A stretch of DNA of 62,011 bases, filler included, from Choristocarpus tenellus KU-1152 (lineage: Eukaryota > Protista > Phaeophyceae), in the NCBI GenBank assembly GCA_964200185.2. It is 11 parts of 11 records of this genome, joined end to end, with 100 filler letters (N's around TTAATTAATTAA, not from the genome) between each part and the next. Parts side by side here need not be neighbours in the genome. Positions count along the whole stretch, not along the records: positions 25,863 to 30,762 come from CAXNAD020012604.1; positions 30,863 to 34,134 come from CAXNAD020021130.1; positions 34,235 to 41,037 come from CAXNAD020007312.1; 8 more parts are not named here. The stretch is one strand, 5' to 3'. Position 1 is the stretch's first letter; every line of letters starts with the position of its first letter. The notes beneath the pieces are model-generated. The model had not been told where the DNA came from. It ran no database searches and worked only from the letters and a program-made list of their open reading frames with translations. Of the stretch, positions 25,863 through 39,272 are shown in pieces. The position numbers and the translations under genes were made by a program.

Positions 25863-28800
25863 CATAGTACACGTGTACGGGGGCCGTGAAGGCGATAACC
25901 CGCTGCCCCACCCCCCACCCCCACCATTCCTATCTACTGCAGGTGCTGTTGTTGCTGCCACCCCATTCCTGACTGGCTCTACCAGAGGAACAGAGCCACC
26001 TCGAGGCAACCCTGTGCTTGTGGCAGCCAGCCCAGTAGCAGTTGCAGTCGGGGGGGATTCATGCTGGGGCTGGTCATAGGACTCCAAGAGCTGCCCGTGG
26101 GAAAATGCTAGGGATATGCCCTCCCAGTTGGTTCCAGCAGGGGCTACAACATTGGGGCCAAATGGTTCATCCGAGATCACTTCAAAGACATCCTTGAGGG
26201 CAAGACAGGGAAGAACAGATCACAAAGGCACAATATTATGAGTTACTTCAAGCAACAAAAGGTATCAAGAATGCATGCTACACTTGCATAATCTCAGGGC
26301 AGTCTTTGCACTAGAGCCAAGAGGTGTAGGGTGTTGGTCACTCCGACTCATACAGCAGGGAAAAAAAGACATTGAAAGTGTGTAGTACACAGTTGGGAAA
26401 ACCGAAAGCATCTATCGTAAGTTAGATTGACCTGAAAATTTTACATACACTCCTTTATACAATCGAAACATGCATTCAGTGCACCAACTGAGACGCACGA
26501 GAGTTGCCGAGCTCTGTGAGCATAGCGCGCAGAACACATTCGCACAAAAAAAAAACAATGGACAAAATCGAAAATTTCCCCTCAATTCTTGGTTTTGATC
26601 AACTGCAATTTAGCTCAATTGCAGGGATTTCCTACTCTCAAACCCTTCAGACAACCAATTAACATTAACATATCGGATGAGTATACTGCCACAGTATATT
26701 GATAACTGCCCAAAAACTAACAAATGAGTTGGTATTGCAAACTACTTACAACAACGGAGTATTGATGGTATAAAGGCTTTTAACCTGTGTACACCAACAC
26801 CAACACAAAGACCCAACTGTGACCAGCAAGGCACACACACGCACACGCACACACACAACCAACACAAAAAAGGCACACTGTCCAAAGGGAGAGGGACACT
26901 GCAGACGTTAAAAAAATAAATAACACCCAACAAATGACTACCCTCTAGGATACTTTCTTCCATCAGGAGTCAAAGTATCCTAGAGGGTAGAGCTGCGTCC
27001 AATTGTGGGACAAAATCCAATGCTGCGATTTTGATGTAATTTTGGCTATTGTGTTTATTAGGAAGTGTCAATATCCTTGTTCGGACACACCTTTTCACAA
27101 TATATACATTTTACCTACTCCGAAATGTTTCAGAGTAGTTAAAATAAAATGTCATAAACCTCCTGTGGGAAGCCAAGCCCAAACGGACAAACAGGGCAAA
27201 GATCGTACCCTAACCCTAACATACTTTCATTCTCAGGCCAAGGAGTGCTTTTCAGGTAATGACTATGTTGAGGAGTTGTAAGACGATAGAACATTACGCC
27301 TCTTTTTGTAGCAGGTACCAAAGGTAACACACTGCACAACTAGTTTTCCCCTTACCTGAAATACATAAATAGGTCTAAACTTACTACGGCACATCCTTCT
27401 CTCCTTCACATTTACTCCGACAGTGGGGATCTTTCCCATCTTTTTTGTTAAAACCTCAAATAAACGCCTCCTTGTAACAGTTTTCCTTTTTTAATAGAGG
27501 GGCCCAGGATGCGCCCAGGTGATACCCCGGGGGATCCCCTTTTAATCCCCATAGAAAAATGACGACAATATACTAACAAAACATTCGTGTGTCCTGCTCC
27601 ATCAGAGAACAGGGGGGCAGGGGGCATCACTACTGTTGTTCAAATATCAGTATACACTCTACATGAGCACACTCTACACAAAGGAACAAAATAAAGTTAA
27701 AAAGGGACACACACCGGCATGCCCATCCTGTCACGCTTTCATCACAAAAAAAAGTAACTGCCGAAACTTTCAATGTTTCACCCCACTTTCACCCCACCTG
27801 ACAGTCCACCATAGACAGGCTCAAGAGGCTCATGGGCACTGGAAAGTGATTCCGCAACCCAAGCTCACGCAAATCTGTAACCCATCCAGAGTCCTTATCC
27901 CCCCTCCCCTGCCGCCTGTCATTGTAGCAGCTGCCCTCAGCCCCTGACACTCCCATGCCTGCATCCAATACAGATTCACCACTGGCATTTCCAGATGACT
28001 TACAAGAAGAGCATCCTTTCCTACTGTGACAGGAATCAGCAGAGTCCTGTGGCAGGATCTCAGCCTCCAGATAACCAGGCAGCAATGGCACCTATTGGAT
28101 ACACAAATACATGTAGAAGAAAACCCACTGCTTGCTTTTTTGCACGAATCACACCACATGATGAGTACATACTAGTACACATCAATAATCACATCAATAG
28201 TACACAGTAACAACATTAACTAACACTCACACCTTATTACCACTGGAGATAACTGTTACTACTGTGCAACAGATACAGAGTATCTACACATCATTAAAAT
28301 ATATTAAACCTATGACGAGGGGTAATGTTGCTAAACCAATCAAAACGTACAAAGCAAGCTATCAATAGAGTCAGCACAACTATCTGAAGTACAACGATAA
28401 CGGCTAATCCCAAGTATACTATTAGCAACACAGCTATAGCACCAAACAATGCAGTTTGTGGTGACTATGACCATAGTTCAGAATGGTCCACAGATTAAAC
28501 TGAAAAAAATAAAAATGTGTACAGATACAATATCATACTTTTAAAAGTACCACTCACTGAAATAATTTAACAAGTTCTTACCAGGGACAGGAAAACCCAT
28601 AGAGTCCCTCCACCCATCATTAAACACATCCCCAAATATATAAAAAAAACGAACAAGTTTCCAAAAATTAAACTAAGCGATGTAACTTTGTATTCCCTCT
28701 GCCAGCTTATGCAAAACTTCAGACCACCTCAAGATAGCACCCTCCCCCCCCCTCCCCCCATAATACATCAAAACCCCTCTGTTGTGCATCTGTTTGAACA

Positions 28801-29629
28801 GTTTGTGAGGCTGATTTTGTATCACATTGGAAAGGCAATTCTATCTGAGACTATGTTACACTATGGGTATTTGCAAGACCTCCATAGAAAATAATAAAAA
28901 ATTGATACTATCTTGTGCATTTGACAGCCTGTCCCCCCCAAATTTTTAAACTAATGCTGAAAAAAAAAGAGAAAGTGCAAAAACTCCTAAGAGCAGCAAC
29001 ATCAACAAATAAAAATAAATTCTGTACCAAAATAGAATAAAATGCATTTTCAAGTGCCTTCCACAATGCACCAATAAGAGTACAATTATTATTACAAATC
29101 ATGTTTGATTCTTTTTTTTTGCAAGTAATCTCTACACCTCTCGACTAAAAGTTACCTGGAGTTAAAACCATCAGTACAAATCTTCTTCTACTCCTTTTCC
29201 TCTTTATACACCTCTCACCTAAAAGCACTCTTGACCAAAACCATCACTACAAATCTCATCACACTTCTTCCCTCCAAGTACACAAATACACCACCCCCCC
29301 ACCTGAAACCTAACTTGAGAAAGGAAAAACCATCAGTACAAATCTCCATCCAATATACTTCTTCCATTAACTAATACATTCCCCACCTAACACCTAACTT
29401 CAGAAAAACCAGTCCAAATCTCCTCTCAGTCCTTTCCCTCTCTTATGTATGTATGTATGTATGTATGTATACACTAAATATGTATACACTAAACTCCCCA
29501 CTCCCCGCACCTGAAAGCTAACTTGAGTCCACTCATATGCCAGTCCCCCATGCAGAACATGTGCCTGATAGCCCACCTCCAACATGGACTGCCCCGGTGT
29601 GCTGTCATTCACAGCAATAAGTAACGTCC
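25863..29629 (-). CDS. Hypothetical protein, internal exons
   Basis: Exons 29629-29511, 28091-27798, 26192-25863 have canonical AG/GT sites and join in phase 0 without stops; no family recognised. Confidence 0.65.
26967..27232 (-). mobile_element. MITE family A, intronic
   Basis: TIRs with 4-bp TSD TCAG/TCAG; right TIR altered to CCCTAACCCTAAC. Confidence 0.85.
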
Positions 29630-30762
29630 CTGTAACAACATCATCTACAACAACAACAAAAAAATACGAGAGAGCCGGTAGGATACACGCGACAAACCAC
29701 ACAAACACCAATGACAAAAGTTGACAGGGATAGGGTTAGGGCTACTTGTGGGGGGAAGTCAGTCTATCGATTCCCAAGGGTGATATAGAGGGGCTATTTA
29801 TTGACAGTTACACTTGCAAGAACGTGTAGAGGGGTGGGTGGGAGGGAAGGTAGAAATTAGCAAGGAAGCAATAGATAGACCAATCAGGTGAAACTGTAAG
29901 CGCTGCGCTTCGTGCCAACCACTGTATCATTACTATCATTACTATCATCATTACCATTATTATTAATATTATTCCTAATAGTGCTATTATTCTTCTGAGT
30001 ATCAACATAATCAGTTCAAATCTTGTTGCAAAATTCCAATAAACTGCCTCACTCACATTGCATGGCAACTTCACAAAGAGACATCAAAGGGGGGGGGAGG
30101 GGGGGGGGAGAAAGAGCTCTTTTATGCCATACAAGTTCACCCAGGTGTCATCACACCAACAATACAAACAGTTACTTTCAGAGGCATGTGCACATGATTC
30201 AGACGACACATACAAAAATATATAAAAACAAGTAATAAAAAGTCAGTTAATCGTAATCAATCGGATGCACCTGATTCTAGAAGGTTCTTGTTCACGACCC
30301 AACTATTACTGCACCATTTTGTTAGTATGTGATATGAAGAAGTATCAGCACAGCAGACAAGCAATACTTGAAAAATACAGTGATTGTGGGCTTCTGAAAA
30401 AAAATCTTTACTGTTAGTATTTAAACACAAAGTTCCCATTCTGGAAGATTCAATACGAAGTCAAAATATTCATGGGGAAAGAATCTCCCAGAATGGACTC
30501 ACTGCCTGTAAAATATCAACAGAGACAAAAGAAAAGGTAATTAACACACCTGCTCCATATGGATTTACACCAACTCACATTGCCATTCAAGTCCTTTATA
30601 TCCGATTTACCAACTGTGTAACTAAAGCAAGAAACAATCAAAAATAAATAATTTCAAAAACTGTATTCAAGTCTTTTTCATCCAACACAAAAACAAACTG
30701 CAATCTAACACAACACCAATATCGAGAGAGACTAATATCACTGAATTTTACCCCCCCACCCC

Positions 30763-30862
30763 NNNNNNNNNNNNNNNNNNNNNNNNNNNNNNNNNNNNNN
30801 NNNNNNTTAATTAATTAANNNNNNNNNNNNNNNNNNNNNNNNNNNNNNNNNNNNNNNNNNNN
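30763..30862. other. Artificial contig linker
   Basis: N44-TTAATTAATTAA-N44. Confidence 0.97.
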
Positions 30863-30916
30863 GCCAGAGCCCGTCCATCCTCAGTCCCCCCCCCTTCATT
30901 CTACAATCTAGTACTT

Positions 30917-32997
30917 TTACCCCCCCCCCCCCCCCCACTCCCCCCCCCCCCCCCTACTTCCACCAATATTGGCATTGTTAACTGCTTGACGGACCAGACC
31001 TCTTGCCTCAGAGAACCACAGGTCCTCACGCACACCTCCTCCTCCATTGGTACCTGTACCTCGACCAGAGTAGCTGGGGCGGAGGTTGAGTCCCTGTCGT
31101 ATCACGACATCGAGGAGTATGGTGTCGGTGCCCCATGGGTACAGTGTGCAAATGCGGTTTCAGTTAATGTGTTAGCTGAAGGGTGGCAAGTTATATTTGG
31201 GACTAGGGTCACCTTTCCTTCAAATGGGAGGGGTGAGGGTCAGGTAGCACAACCACACACACACACATATATACCTCAAGTGCTTCCATAATAGCCTGCC
31301 CTGGAACCAAAATCCCTCGCGGATCATGTGAGTCCCACAAGACCCGTTCCCTCTGAATCAAGTGTGGTCCATTGCTGCTGCTCCCAGTCCCACCACCTGC
31401 TCCTCGCCCAAACCTACCCACCCTGGATGCAGCATCGCTACTGTCCCCAAGCCCGACACTTCGTGACTGCCCTCCAAGTAGTGGGTGCATTGAGGGTACT
31501 GCACGCATGTGGGTTGCTGCTGCTGGGCCGTTAGGGAAGAGTCTGGTTCATTAGGTACGGCATAAGGGAGAAGGATGGGATGAAATTAGATGTGGTACGT
31601 AGATTGAGGGGTCAGGAACATCCCACTGTGAATGAATTAAATCAGTTCAATGCAGCAAGTCATTCTATGAGTGTGTTGCTGGACACGTGCATCCTGTGGC
31701 TTGCCAATCGCATCACTAGCATTACCGATCTTGACATGACTTGTTCATTAGAGATATAAACAAAAAATCTTAATAGGGGTATGGATGGGTGGGTTGTTGG
31801 ATGGCGGAGGACATTGAGATGATCTGCATGCCTCAGAGAGGGCATGAAAGGGTTTGTCAGGGGACAATATGAGAGTGCGAGTTGGGTACTGACCACTACA
31901 CTTAAAGATCACTGTCAGACAAGCAACATGCACACACAACAAACCGATTGGCATATATATGAACTACAGGTGTTTCGTAAGTAATTGCCTGAAATGGCGG
32001 TCAGCTGCATTCAAAGTTACTTCACCCCCTTTTCACAGTTTCTTTCAAGAGGAAAAATAAATTATACTGCTTCAACATCTCCACATCACTTTCACACATT
32101 GTGTTCTTACCGAGTTGTGTTAGAAGACGAACCAGAGGTTGTTCCCTGCTGGTGACCACTTGGGATTGTGTGTGCCTGTACGGTGTACATGTGTGACATA
32201 TCAAGGTGGGTGGGCCAGGAGGTTGGTATTAAGGGCGATGATTGTTGAAAACATTATTAATCATCAGAAGAGGTGATATTGGTCAAAGAGTCCTCGCCTC
32301 TGCCCATGTGCCATCTGTCCCCAGGCCCCTTACTATCCGAATCAGTGGAGGTGCTCCCACACCAACTGATGCGCTCAACCCTCCCGATGGTGGACGCAAG
32401 ATTCTCCCGAGTGGTGACTCTGGTTCAATAATGTCCGTTACACTAAGGATGTTCTGGAAACATGAGAAAGGATAAGCAAGGAAGCGAGGTGAAACAGGGA
32501 AAGAGATGGGGAAGGCTGGATTGGCCAGGTGACAAAATGTGGTTTGTGGGGGGGAGGGGGGATGTGGGGGCACTTACAGTTTTAATCCACTGGTAACACT
32601 GGTGATTAACACACATTTTCACTTCTCACTTCACACTTGAAAAGTATGTGCGAGAGGCCCCTGGTCTAAAATACTGCTCCCACTCCCTCCAGCTCCCACC
32701 TCCCTATCCTTGTGACTCTTAAGTGTTGATAGCAGTACCAACCTGTATAGACCGTGACCGCCCTGTGCTCTGGTGGGTTGTGGCATACTGGCGTGCAAGC
32801 CCAGGGGGCGGCCCCACTCCCCACAGTTGCACTTCGTGCGGCGTTATGGATGCAGTGAACACCCCCCCTGTACCAGTCCCGGACCCGGTGTGCTGTGGGT
32901 GAAATAGGGCCCCCACCCCACTGTTCCTGCTCCCTCCCCGTCCAGATGAGCCCCCAATGATGCCCCAACCAGCTTGTGCATACATGGCTCCCAAGTC
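30917..32997 (-). CDS. Hypothetical Gly/Ser-rich protein, 5 exons (partial)
   Basis: Exons 32997-32743, 32453-32334, 32175-32111, 31542-31275, 31093-~30917; phases 0,0,2,0 all compatible with GT-AG. Confidence 0.7.
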
Positions 32998-34134
32998 CTG
33001 AAAGGCAAAGTCATCATCATCACCACCCTCACTGTCCCAAGGGAGGCCAAAGGGACCTTCCCCACTGCTACGGTTACTGGAATAGAGGAGAGTGCATGTA
33101 GTATGTTATGTGTTAGGATTGATTGGTGGGATAGGAGTTGGTCACCATGGGGATGGGATCTGGTGCATCTGCTATTTACAGAATCACTATTCACACACAT
33201 GGTGAATTTCTAGTCTTGGTTATGGTTTGGGTGCAGATGATCAAGTCTCTGTGCTGGTAAAAGCTGCACAAGTTGTTGGATGCAATGAATTGTATATGGG
33301 AATGGTTGTGGGAAATGAAAGAAGAAAACTTGATCTCTGCACTGCCACTTGCACAATCATTTAAAGCTAAATTGATTTATGCACACAAATGAGCTTGGTA
33401 AGCCTTTGACATAAAACTAAAGGATAAGAATTGATACATATAGGAAAACATAACTTCCTATTTAAACAAAACCCTGCCCAGCAGAAATTTCAGAGGCAGG
33501 AAATGGGGTTGCTTCTTTCATAAGCCCCTTCTCCATCTTCGAAAAGGGCAAATGTACTACTTTGGAGTATAATATACAGCCAGCACACAAACACACACAT
33601 ACACACAACATGGCACAATCCTTTCTCATATTTCACCCAAGAGGCACATGCACAACAAAGTGGCAATCCATTTCACAGAGCTTGCACAGAATGGCCAAAT
33701 CCCATGTAGATACACCTCTATCCACCTTCCTACCTGTAAGGCATCTCAGTGGTCACCATGCTCTCCTCATTTGGATGCAAAGTGTTTTTAACGCCATTTA
33801 AAAAAACATCCCCTCCCTACTGTAATTAGTGGCAAGCAGATGACAGGGTGAACCGAGGATATATTTTCTGAATGATTGTAGTTGGAGTTGAAAACGCATG
33901 AAACCCCTCTCCACCAAATCACCTCCCCTTACAACACAAATGCTCAGTGCTACAAAACGATAATTATCACTCACTCGATCACGTACATGCCTTGGTCGCC
34001 CTCTCCATCCTCCCCAATATCTTCCCCCCCCCCACCTCTCCCCTCCCCATCATCGTCATCATCATCATCATCTTCCCCAACCCCATCCCCCTCCTCCTCT
34101 TCATCATCCCCTTACAACACAAATGCTCAGTGCT

Positions 34135-34234
34135 NNNNNNNNNNNNNNNNNNNNNNNNNNNNNNNNNNNNNNNNNNNNTTAATTAATTAANNNNNNNNNN
34201 NNNNNNNNNNNNNNNNNNNNNNNNNNNNNNNNNN
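34135..34234. other. Artificial contig linker
   Basis: N44-TTAATTAATTAA-N44. Confidence 0.97.
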
Positions 34235-34447
34235 CCCCCAGATACTTTGACCCTCCTCTATTTTTAGACACAGAACCCTTGCACTACTACCAAAAAAAAA
34301 TCGCGCGTCTCTGGTGGACTGGGTGCACTTCTCTACGAATTGACAGTAATATAGATTAGGCTGATCCTATATGAAAGAGATCACCGACGGCAACAAAGAG
34401 ATGATTAAGAATATGCTCCAACTATGGTATGGTTGAACTATCACCTG

Positions 34448-34627
34448 GGCTCAAAGTATCTGGGGGGGGATGGCGGGTGGGTGTCCATTTGGGGTCAATT
34501 TTTTCATCTCGCGATTTTTGGGTTATTTGGTTCCATACGTTGGATGGATAATGTAATTGCACTTTTCTTGGTTTTGGTCCACATGGACACTCTGGTGTAG
34601 ACCCCTCCCTCCCAGATACTTTGGGTC
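34448..34627 (+). mobile_element. MITE family B, full copy
   Basis: GGCTCAAAGTATCTGGG...CCCAGATACTTTGGGTC, CTG on both flanks. Confidence 0.8.
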
Positions 34628-34852
34628 CTGCAGGTTTGCATTTATAGGCAACAGATTTGTCCAGCAGGACGCTGAATTGGAGTGAAAAATTTAACACCCA
34701 AAAGTAGGATAACAACGCCTTGAAAAAAAAGCAGGCCAAGCCAGATATGGACATACATAAACCGTGTAGAACTGAATCGTCTCAACTTCAATCCTCAATT
34801 TCAGAGGGGAAGTCGACCAATACTCAAAATTGAGCAAGAGGTGTTTACTCAC

Positions 34853-36415
34853 TTCACTGTATGCTGCAGGTTCATACTGGTGAAGGCCCTCAACAAAGAA
34901 GCCATGGGTAGGATCTTCCCGAATGTTCAAGCCACCACCCTCCTCGCCCCCCTCAAGTGAAACTGGACCCAGCATATCCTGCAAAAGCAGAAGACCATGT
35001 CATGTCAGTCAACATTTCCGGAGCGAGTGGGCAGTGAACGAGGTGGTTTGGGACGACGGAGTTACCACAGTCCCCACATAGATCTACAAAGAAAACTGTC
35101 AGTGAACCTTGTGCATACAGAGTGGCAGTACTGTCCTGTGACATGTGGACAAACCTGTACAGTCTCATTGTAGATCTGCAATAGTGACATGTGCACGACT
35201 GCATCAATTTCTTTGTGAGTGTTCATATACTCAAACACGCGCCCAAGGGCACGCGGGATGATTCCTGCCTTGTCTCCGACTCCTTGAACATTCCGTCTGT
35301 TTGGCAACAGTGCACTCTCAGTGCTCACATCACTAGCTGCATGACACATCCCGGCGTATATTGGAGAAGTAGATATATCCTCCTGGGAATGCTGGGTGTG
35401 ATTAATGTTACTATCCCGTACAGAAAGTCCTTCAAGGATGCCCATTGTGTAAGTCTTGCCTGTCCCCGTCTGTCCATAGGCCATCACAAGACCACCAAAG
35501 CCATTGAGGACACCCTCCACAATTGGCCCTGCAAGTCTGGAATTTGGGGAGGTAGCACACATGCATGCAGACCAGTGTTGGATACAGATGCGCTATGTTT
35601 AGGGAGGGTAAAGAAGCCTTTATGGATGAGTAATAGATGATGAAAGAATGCTAGGACAGAGTAGAGTGTGAGTGATGCTTGGCTCATTGTCATGAATGGC
35701 TCCTGTCTTTCAAAGTACTTCGATGCATAATGTCCCTGTAGCATTGCATTCAACCAGCAACTGTTTAAAGGGGTACATTTGGTGGGTGAATAACTGTATA
35801 TAATCAATGGCAGTGCTAACCTAATAGCGGACCTCTCAAGGATATTTCTTATCTTATGATATTTGGGAGATGAATACAGATGTCAGGAAGGTCAAGAGTA
35901 AAGAGAGATGTGAGATTCAAGTACCTTTCATAGATCTCTTGTTGACTGCTACATGATCGAAAGGCCATATCAAAACCAAAGCCACGCCTGCGTCCGTCTG
36001 TCAAGCAAAGCTCAACCTGGGCTAGCCCTCCACTCCTCACTCCTAGAACTGGACCGTCATCCTGCCGTCCAGCCCCTCTTTGATGATGGAAACTGTCCAG
36101 GACCTTTCCCTGTCCCCCACAATCTTGATCAACATCTGATGTGGAAAGAACTCTTAGAACAGGACTATATCCATGGAAGGGGCCTTGCACACACCTCTCT
36201 ACCTCGTCTCGGAAGGCGGGTCTTACCCTCACCCCAACTCTCACCCTTTCCAAGGAGCGTATACATGTTGGCAAGTTACTGTCGTGCACGGCAGTGCTCG
36301 AACTGATATGTCCCCAACTCCGACTGCAGGCACGGTCGTTATCTCGTCGACGAGGACCCACCCCCACCCCCATACGTTTTTTCTTAGCCTTGAGATGGAA
36401 AGAGGTCGAATCCAT
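34853..36415 (-). CDS. Kinesin motor domain protein, N-terminal exons
   Basis: Exons ~36415-35925, 35536-35155, 34978-34853. Motifs RVRVGVRVRP, FGFD..F..Q.EIY, AYGQTGTGKTYTM, GIIPRA, LQIYNETVQ|DML, LNIREDP..FVEGL. True start may be an upstream exon (~36848). Confidence 0.93.
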
Positions 36416-37089
36416 CGTAAGGTCAGGTACTGGCAGTCATCATGAATCCCTCCTGAACAATGTGGTGTGGATGGACTTCGAAGTACTTGGTAAAGAAATC
36501 CGGACTTCAAAGGACAGCCACAGTGGAAGTATAGTCAGGTATTTTGTAAGGATATACAACGACTGCTTGGTCAAGGAGCACCTTTCATACCATAGATTGC
36601 GGACGACAAAGAAATGTAACGGTATCTGACAGGAGACTTGATCCTCTCTGTTTGGGTGTAGGCGTAAAAGAAGTGCTCACCACATTGTCAGAAACCTCTC
36701 CCCCTCTCAACGAACATGGGAGGCTGCGAGATCGACGACGGGGCGGTCCCCCACTCCAACGCCTCCCACGTCCCATCCATCCTCCCACGGGGAAGACGGG
36801 AAAGGGACTGAAGCTCGCACTCCCATTGCTTGAACTATTTTTCAACATGGATCTCTGGATCTTTTGGATAGGATGTTCTTGTGATGAGTTCGCCGTTTCT
36901 GTTGTGTTTTTGACAGCGCTCTAGGTCACTCCAGGGCAACGGCAATTTATTTTGCTTGGTGTTTTTAAGTTCCACCAATTTAGTTTGAGGTGAAGTAATA
37001 TGGTGTCAACATGCGATACACTTTTTTTCTTCACCAGCCTATTGCTGGGGCTGGACTTCGAAGGTTGATGAAATCATCGCTGCGATAGG

Positions 37090-39272
37090 ATGATGAGTAG
37101 TCGGTCTTTTGTGGATAAGACAATCATTGATGAGAAGAAACGGTATGTACTGGGACACATATCGTTTTTAGGGGGTCGTCCCTACTGACATGCCCTTAAT
37201 TCGAAATCTACCATAACTTTATCTCCATGGTAGTTTTCTGCTTTGTTGTGTAGGTTTGTTGTCTGATATTTCACGCTCGAACCCTGTTGGGTTTGAGTAT
37301 GTTCCGCCAGATTCCACAATGCTGACAATTCTGACGAGCTAGTACATCTTAGTTGACCATTATGGACATCTTGATCATCGAATTTCCTCCCAATTTCTTC
37401 AGGTTTTCAGAAACTGTTTTATGGAGGCTGCAGCGTGAATTCTATGAGAGCGCAGAGGTAAGGAGCTGTGACATGGCTGTACTAGGATATAGAGTAGTTT
37501 CCTCATCAACCTCTGCACCTGTTGACAATACCTTCCAGATTCGTCTAGTCCGCAACACGGTTGGTTACGTCTGTGCAATAGTATGTAATCTTCCAGTCCG
37601 GCAGCGAGATGTATCTGCGACTATCTGGTCACCACGTTTTCTCCATTGGAATCTTGTTTCTTTCGCAGGATGTACAATGTCCATATCATCATTGTTTCAC
37701 GAGGTATACCTTGTAATCCTCATCTCCATACTCCCAGAATTTATTAGTGGTTCTAGCCATTCTGAAGCGGCGATCCCACTTCAAAGTTAAAGGGTCACTG
37801 TTATGTTGACACGCCCTGCCTAGCAGAAGTCCAGTGGAGTGGAGTTATTGTAACCAGTAGACCTTGTTCATGAAAGTTCTCATTCTTCCAACCGATTTCT
37901 AACACGAATATGCTGTCTCACAGGTCAAGTGTTGGCAAGAATGCGTGGTTCCCAACTTCGTGACATCCAATTGCTTCATCGCACAGGCATATGCAAAGTC
38001 TATTGCTGGCTTTTTGAGGGACCACCTGGGGAGGTGAGTGGGTCATCGGTGGAACAGATAGTCGACAATGAGAGGGGGGGTTGTTTATCCTTGACTGTGA
38101 AGTCACTGCTGATTTTCCCTTCTCATCCTCATTATTTTATGCCACATGTTCCCCTCCAGCCAACCTATCATATATACAGGTCTCCCATACTGACTGTGAA
38201 TACTTAATCTCCCCTATTCCTCTCTGGACTAAATACTATGCAATGCAGGCAATGGTCTGGTCGGGATGCAGGCCAGCAACCAGTGTACATAGTGGAAATT
38301 GGTGAGCCTTTTGAAAGTGGACGGTGTGGAGGTTGGCCCTCAGAGCCCTTCTTCTCACCAAGAAGAATAATTTAGTCGCCAAACGGTGTAATGAAGAGTT
38401 GGTTGTGGGGGGGCTTAGCCTGTGTGAACGGAGTTTTGCTGTGAGTGTGACTCACACATTTATAATTAAGCAATTAAAGAGGCGATATCAATCATCTCAA
38501 ATAGTATGGGCAGTCTACATCATACGAGAAAAAAATGCGTCCGTATTTGTCTGGTGTTTATACCTCTGTTGATTTGTATTGACATTTATTGCTATTTTAT
38601 GCTTTTTTCAATCAGTCTAAAAACGTCACTGTTTATTTGTTGTACTAAGTTTTTCTCAATCTTAACGAATCGAAGTACTAAGAAGTTTTGACCCTGTGGT
38701 GACCCAGGGGCTGGGTCGGCAAAGCTCAGCTATGTCCTGCTCAAGAAGCTTTTGGCCCTGGCCAAGTACCTCCCCAAAGCAAGAGACACTAGAGCTAGGA
38801 CTGGTCCCACTCACAGCGGTGCAAGGACCTCTCCCAGTGATCCTGGAGAGGATCAAGATGACCATCCTGCAGAGGTTGGGGAAGCAGATATGCCCCCAGC
38901 TGCAAGCAGTAGAGGAGGGGGACAGGGAAGCAGCGAGCTCTGCTTCAAGTACATAATTACAGATTTCTCACATGCCAATTTCGGGTTTTGGATCAACCAC
39001 CCAAAGTTCCAGGAGCTATTCTCGCTGGGGGTGATCGATTTTGCAGTGTTTGATGCTGAAGCAGCTCCTGAGGATGCTAGTGTGGACAGTCCGCTGGAGG
39101 GGCAGGGGGGGGGAGGGGAGGAGGCGAGTGCTGGGGGGGGGGGGCTGTGGGGGAAGTCGGGGTGTCTGCGGCTGGAGTTGTCAGGGGAGGAGATCAGGCC
39201 GGGAAATCTGGAACACCCTATAGTGGTGGTTGCTAACTATGTTTTCGATACTCTCAAGCAAGATGCGTTCAG
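37090..39272 (+). CDS. Class I SAM-dependent methyltransferase (MidA/NDUFAF7-related, TPR-MTase-like), partial
   Basis: Exons 37090-37142, 37403-37457, 37924-38033, 38249-38301, 38708-39272 splice in frame: RFSETVLWRLQREFY, VPNFVTSNCFIAQAYA, motif I PVYIVEIGAGSAKLSY, YIITDF, ANYVFDTL. Confidence 0.82.

Noticed and set aside
33924-34134. 27-bp direct repeat flanking a Pro/Ser-rich ORF
   Set aside because: Low-complexity sequence at a contig end; likely tandem repeat or assembly edge
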